This document shows, in pieces, positions 26,096-28,575 of a stretch of 28,575 bases of DNA. The first letter of the stretch is position 1. Each line of letters starts with the position of its first letter. This stretch comes from an uncultured Polyangiaceae bacterium (GTDB taxonomy: Bacteria > Myxococcota_A > Polyangia > Polyangiales > Polyangiaceae). Under the pieces are notes generated by a model that had not been told where the DNA came from, searched no databases, and worked only from the letters and a program-made list of their open reading frames with translations. The position numbers and the translations under genes are program-made. The DNA lies in NCBI GenBank assembly GCA_964415255.1, contig CAYQAC010000023.1, forward strand, positions 18,430-47,004, given 5' to 3'.

Positions 26096-26372
26096 GCTAG
26101 AGCGACGGAAGGGAAGCAGCAGCGGGCTCGCATCGCGGCAAACGGATCGCCGCGCTAGGGCGTCGCTCCGTTCGCCGCAAGACGGACCTAGGAGACGGTC
26201 GGTCGTCCTAGGCGAGCTCACGGCGTGGGTCAGGCGCCGCGCGCAGCGCGTTGTCTTGCGCCTTCGGGCGACGCTGTCTCAGCGCTCTTCAGGGGTTTTG
26301 GGGGTTGGACGGGGCGGCGCCTCGCTGCGCTCTGGCGTAGCGAGGGTGCCTTGACACCGACGGAGCGCGGCG

Positions 26373-26406
26373 CGCGGCGCTTGAGTGAGCGCGGCGCTTG
26401 AGTGAG
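26373..26406. repeat. Perfect 17-bp tandem duplication CGCGGCGCTTGAGTGAG x2
   Basis: The copies are at 26373-26389 and 26390-26406, just upstream of the ABC binding-protein ORF and 17 nt after a TTGACA hexamer (26351-26356). Confidence 0.85.
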
Positions 26407-26430
26407 CCGAGTTGCTGACGACCGCGCCTT

Positions 26431-27447
26431 GTGGTTGGCTCGCCCGGCGACGTGGACTTCCGCATCTGGTGTTGGGGGGCGACTCAGTGGCTGCGGTGCG
26501 CGTGGCTGCTCGCTTGGCTGCGGCCTCAGTGGCGATGGCTCACGAGGCCTGCGCCTGGCTTTGCCCGCTTGGCGCTTGGGTGGCTAGGGTGGCTCGTCTG
26601 CGCGGCGCTCTCATGGTCCTTGGCCGCGTGCGAGCACGCGCCGCCGGCGCCGAGTGAGGCGGACGTCCGCTTGGTGTCGCTCACGCCTGCCATCACCGAG
26701 ACCTTGCTGGCGATCGGCGTCCATGAAGAGCTGATCGGCGTCAGCACCTACTGCGAGCTAAAAGCGGGCGAGCCCGCGCGTCAGCGGCTCGGCACGGCGC
26801 TCACCCCCGAGCTTGAGGCCATCGTGCGCGCGCGCCCCACTCGCATCCTCACCGAGCGCCACGTGGGGACGCGCAGCGAGGGGCTCGCGCGCGTCGCGCC
26901 CCTCACCGAGCTCCCTTGGCTCACGCTTGAGGACATCGCTGCCAGCACGCGCGCGCTAGGGCAGCTCGCGGGGCACCCAGAGGCGGCGGAGGCGCTGGCG
27001 CGGCGCTACGAGCGAGAGCTGGCGCCTGCCGATTCGCGCACCGGGCCGCGGACGCTGCTGGTGCTGGGAGGCCCCCCGACGCCGACGCTCAGCGAGGTCT
27101 GGTTCGTGAAGCGGGGCAGCGTCCACGGCGCGCTGATCGACGCGCTCGGCGCGCGTCACGCGGTGACTCGCGACGTGACGGGGGTGCCGCGGCTCAGCGT
27201 GGATGAGGTGCTCCGGATCGATCCGGAGGTGATCGTGATCTTGGTGTTGCCTGGGCCCGGCGCGGCGCAGGCCGCGCGCGGCGCCTGGGAGCGCCTCACC
27301 CCGCTCACGGCGCTCGGCGCCGGGCGCCTGCATGTGCTTGAGGCGCGCGAGGCGTTCAGCAGCGGCCCCAGCGTCCTTGAGCTGAAGCCGAAGCTCCGCG
27401 CGCTGTTGACCGCGCCGCGAGCGCCCTCAGGTGAACAGGGTGACTGA
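26431..27447 (+). CDS. ABC transporter periplasmic substrate-binding (lipo)protein, BtuF/FecB (cluster A, iron-siderophore/cobalamin) type
   Basis: A lipobox-like LSWSLAAC is followed by RLVSLTPAITETLLAIGVHEELIGVSTYC, the typical Peripla_BP_2 N-terminal block. It sits in an operon with an ATPase and a FecCD permease. The true start is probably downstream of 26431 (for example the TTG codon in ...RLALGW...). Confidence 0.8.
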   Translation: MVGSPGDVDFRIWCWGATQWLRCAWLLAWLRPQWRWLTRPAPGFARLALGWLGWLVCAALSWSLAACEHAPPAPSEADVRLVSLTPAITETLLAIGVHEELIGVSTYCELKAGEPARQRLGTALTPELEAIVRARPTRILTERHVGTRSEGLARVAPLTELPWLTLEDIAASTRALGQLAGHPEAAEALARRYERELAPADSRTGPRTLLVLGGPPTPTLSEVWFVKRGSVHGALIDALGARHAVTRDVTGVPRLSVDEVLRIDPEVIVILVLPGPGAAQAARGAWERLTPLTALGAGRLHVLEAREAFSSGPSVLELKPKLRALLTAPRAPSGEQGD

Positions 27448-28222
27448 CCTTGTGTTTGAGCGCGTGGGGCTCAAGCTCGGCTCGCGCGCGGTGCTCGAGG
27501 GCGTGTCGCTTAAGGTGGCGCCAGGGGACTTCGTGGCGCTGTTAGGGCCGAACGGCGCCGGGAAGACGAGCCTGATCAAGCTGGGGCTGGGCCTCGCCTC
27601 ACCGAGCGCCGGCCGCGTCACCCTGGGCGGGGCATCGCCGCGCGAGCTCTCGCCGCGGGAGCGCGCGCGGCGGGCCTCGTGGCTGCCTCAGGCGGAGCGC
27701 CCCAGCGAGCCGGTGCCGGTGATCGAGCTCGTCAGCTCAGCGCGCTATTTCGCCGGTGAGCCCCACCGCACGTCGCGCGCCCGCGCCATGGCCGCGCTCG
27801 AGCGTGTGGGCGCTGCGGCGCTGGCCGAGCGCTCGGTGCACGAGCTGTCGGGCGGTGAGCTACAGCGCTGTCAGCTGGCGAGCGTGCTGGCCCAGGGGGC
27901 GCCGCTGGTGCTGGTGGACGAGCCGGGCAGTCACCTCGATCCGCGCCATCAGGTGGCGATCTACCGTTTGCTCGGCGAGCTGTGGCGCGAGGGGATGGGG
28001 ATCCTGTGCGTCACCCACGACGTGAACCTGCTCGCGCACGTGGGCGGCGATCCGCGCATCATCGGGCTCACGGACGGCGCGCTGACGCTTGAGAGCCGCT
28101 TCTTAGCGCCGGGGCTCGCTGGGGAGCTGAGCCAGCTCTACGGGGTGCGGCTCCAGGCGCTGAGCGAGGGCGGTGGGCGCGTGTTTCATATCCCCGCGGA
28201 ATATGACGGGGCGCGCCCGTGA
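27431..28222 (+). CDS. ABC transporter ATP-binding protein (FecE/BtuD/HmuV-like)
   Basis: Walker A is GPNGAGKTS, the signature is LSGGELQR, Walker B is LVLVDEPGSHLD, and the H-loop is VTHD. It overlaps the upstream gene by 17 nt. Confidence 0.9.
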   Translation: MNRVTDLVFERVGLKLGSRAVLEGVSLKVAPGDFVALLGPNGAGKTSLIKLGLGLASPSAGRVTLGGASPRELSPRERARRASWLPQAERPSEPVPVIELVSSARYFAGEPHRTSRARAMAALERVGAAALAERSVHELSGGELQRCQLASVLAQGAPLVLVDEPGSHLDPRHQVAIYRLLGELWREGMGILCVTHDVNLLAHVGGDPRIIGLTDGALTLESRFLAPGLAGELSQLYGVRLQALSEGGGRVFHIPAEYDGARP

Positions 28223-28575
28223 GGTGGCTGCTGCATGGCCTCGTGTGCCTCACGGTGCTCGGCGCGGCGCCCTTCGTGGGCGCGCCGCTCGACGGCGCCG
28301 CGGGGGAGTTCATCTTGTTTGAGCTGCGGGTGCCGCGGGTGCTGGTGGGCGCGCTGGTGGGCGGCACCCTGGGGCTCACCGGCGCGGTGTACCAGGCGCT
28401 GTTCCGCAATGGGCTGGCGACGCCCAGCACGGTGGGCACCATGGCGGGCGCCACGCTCGGCGCGCTCGCCGCGCTGGTGCTCGGCGCGGGCGCGCTGCTC
28501 GGCCTGCCTGGCGTCGCCGCCGCCGCCTTCTTGGGCGCGGCGCTGGTCAGCGCCTTGGTGCTTTCAATTGCTTCA
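28219..28575 (+). CDS. FecCD/BtuC-family ABC permease, 5' partial (runs off the window)
   Basis: This is my own translation from the GTG at 28219, which overlaps the ATPase stop (GTGA). It reads VRWLLHGLVCLTVLGAAPFVG...ELRVPRVLVGALVGGTLGLTGAVYQALFRNGLATPSTVGTMAGATLGA. The RxPRxLxAxLvGaaLa..G...Q...rNPLA.P block is diagnostic of FecCD permeases. The frame is open to the window end. Confidence 0.85.
   Translation, partial: MRWLLHGLVCLTVLGAAPFVGAPLDGAAGEFILFELRVPRVLVGALVGGTLGLTGAVYQALFRNGLATPSTVGTMAGATLGALAALVLGAGALLGLPGVAAAAFLGAALVSALVLSIAS

Noticed and set aside
26100-26430. Cobalamin riboswitch upstream of the BtuF-like transporter
   Set aside because: I could not recognise a B12-box (rAGYCMGgAgaCCkGCc-like) or the conserved GCCACTG core by eye. 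This needs a covariance-model scan for a definitive answer.

Overview
High-GC bacterial chromosomal segment; gene content and protein style look myxobacterial/Deltaproteobacteria-like, which is inference only. Most of the window is ordinary housekeeping and envelope coding sequence. It holds a GT2/CapK-like fusion gene translationally coupled to a methyltransferase, an aldo/keto reductase, a PlsC-type acyltransferase and a TPP-dependent lyase-like enzyme. It also holds argS, ftsH, several lipoproteins, a TonB-like protein, an EVE-domain protein, an SH3+EEP nuclease-like lipoprotein, a crotonase/3HCDH-C fusion and a BtuF/FecB-type ABC importer (binding protein, ATPase, partial permease). The outlier is a ~3.4 kb stretch (about 16.2-19.7 kb) with no credible ORF in any frame. 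It opens with three perfect same-orientation DnaA boxes plus degenerate ones and an AT-rich patch. It then runs about 2 kb with strong G>C and T>A skew on the + strand and many tetraloop-capped hairpins. It closes with a textbook intrinsic terminator and a 48-bp tandem repeat. I read it as either a replication-origin or DnaA-controlled locus, a large structured ncRNA, or both. Other oddities: an in-frame TAG at codon 57 of an otherwise full-length argS, a frameshifted zinc-ribbon membrane protein gene, a recurring intergenic CCAACCCCC-A(n)-CCCC motif, and several intergenic tandem-repeat arrays. No rRNA, tRNA, CRISPR array, transposase or integrase was recognised.
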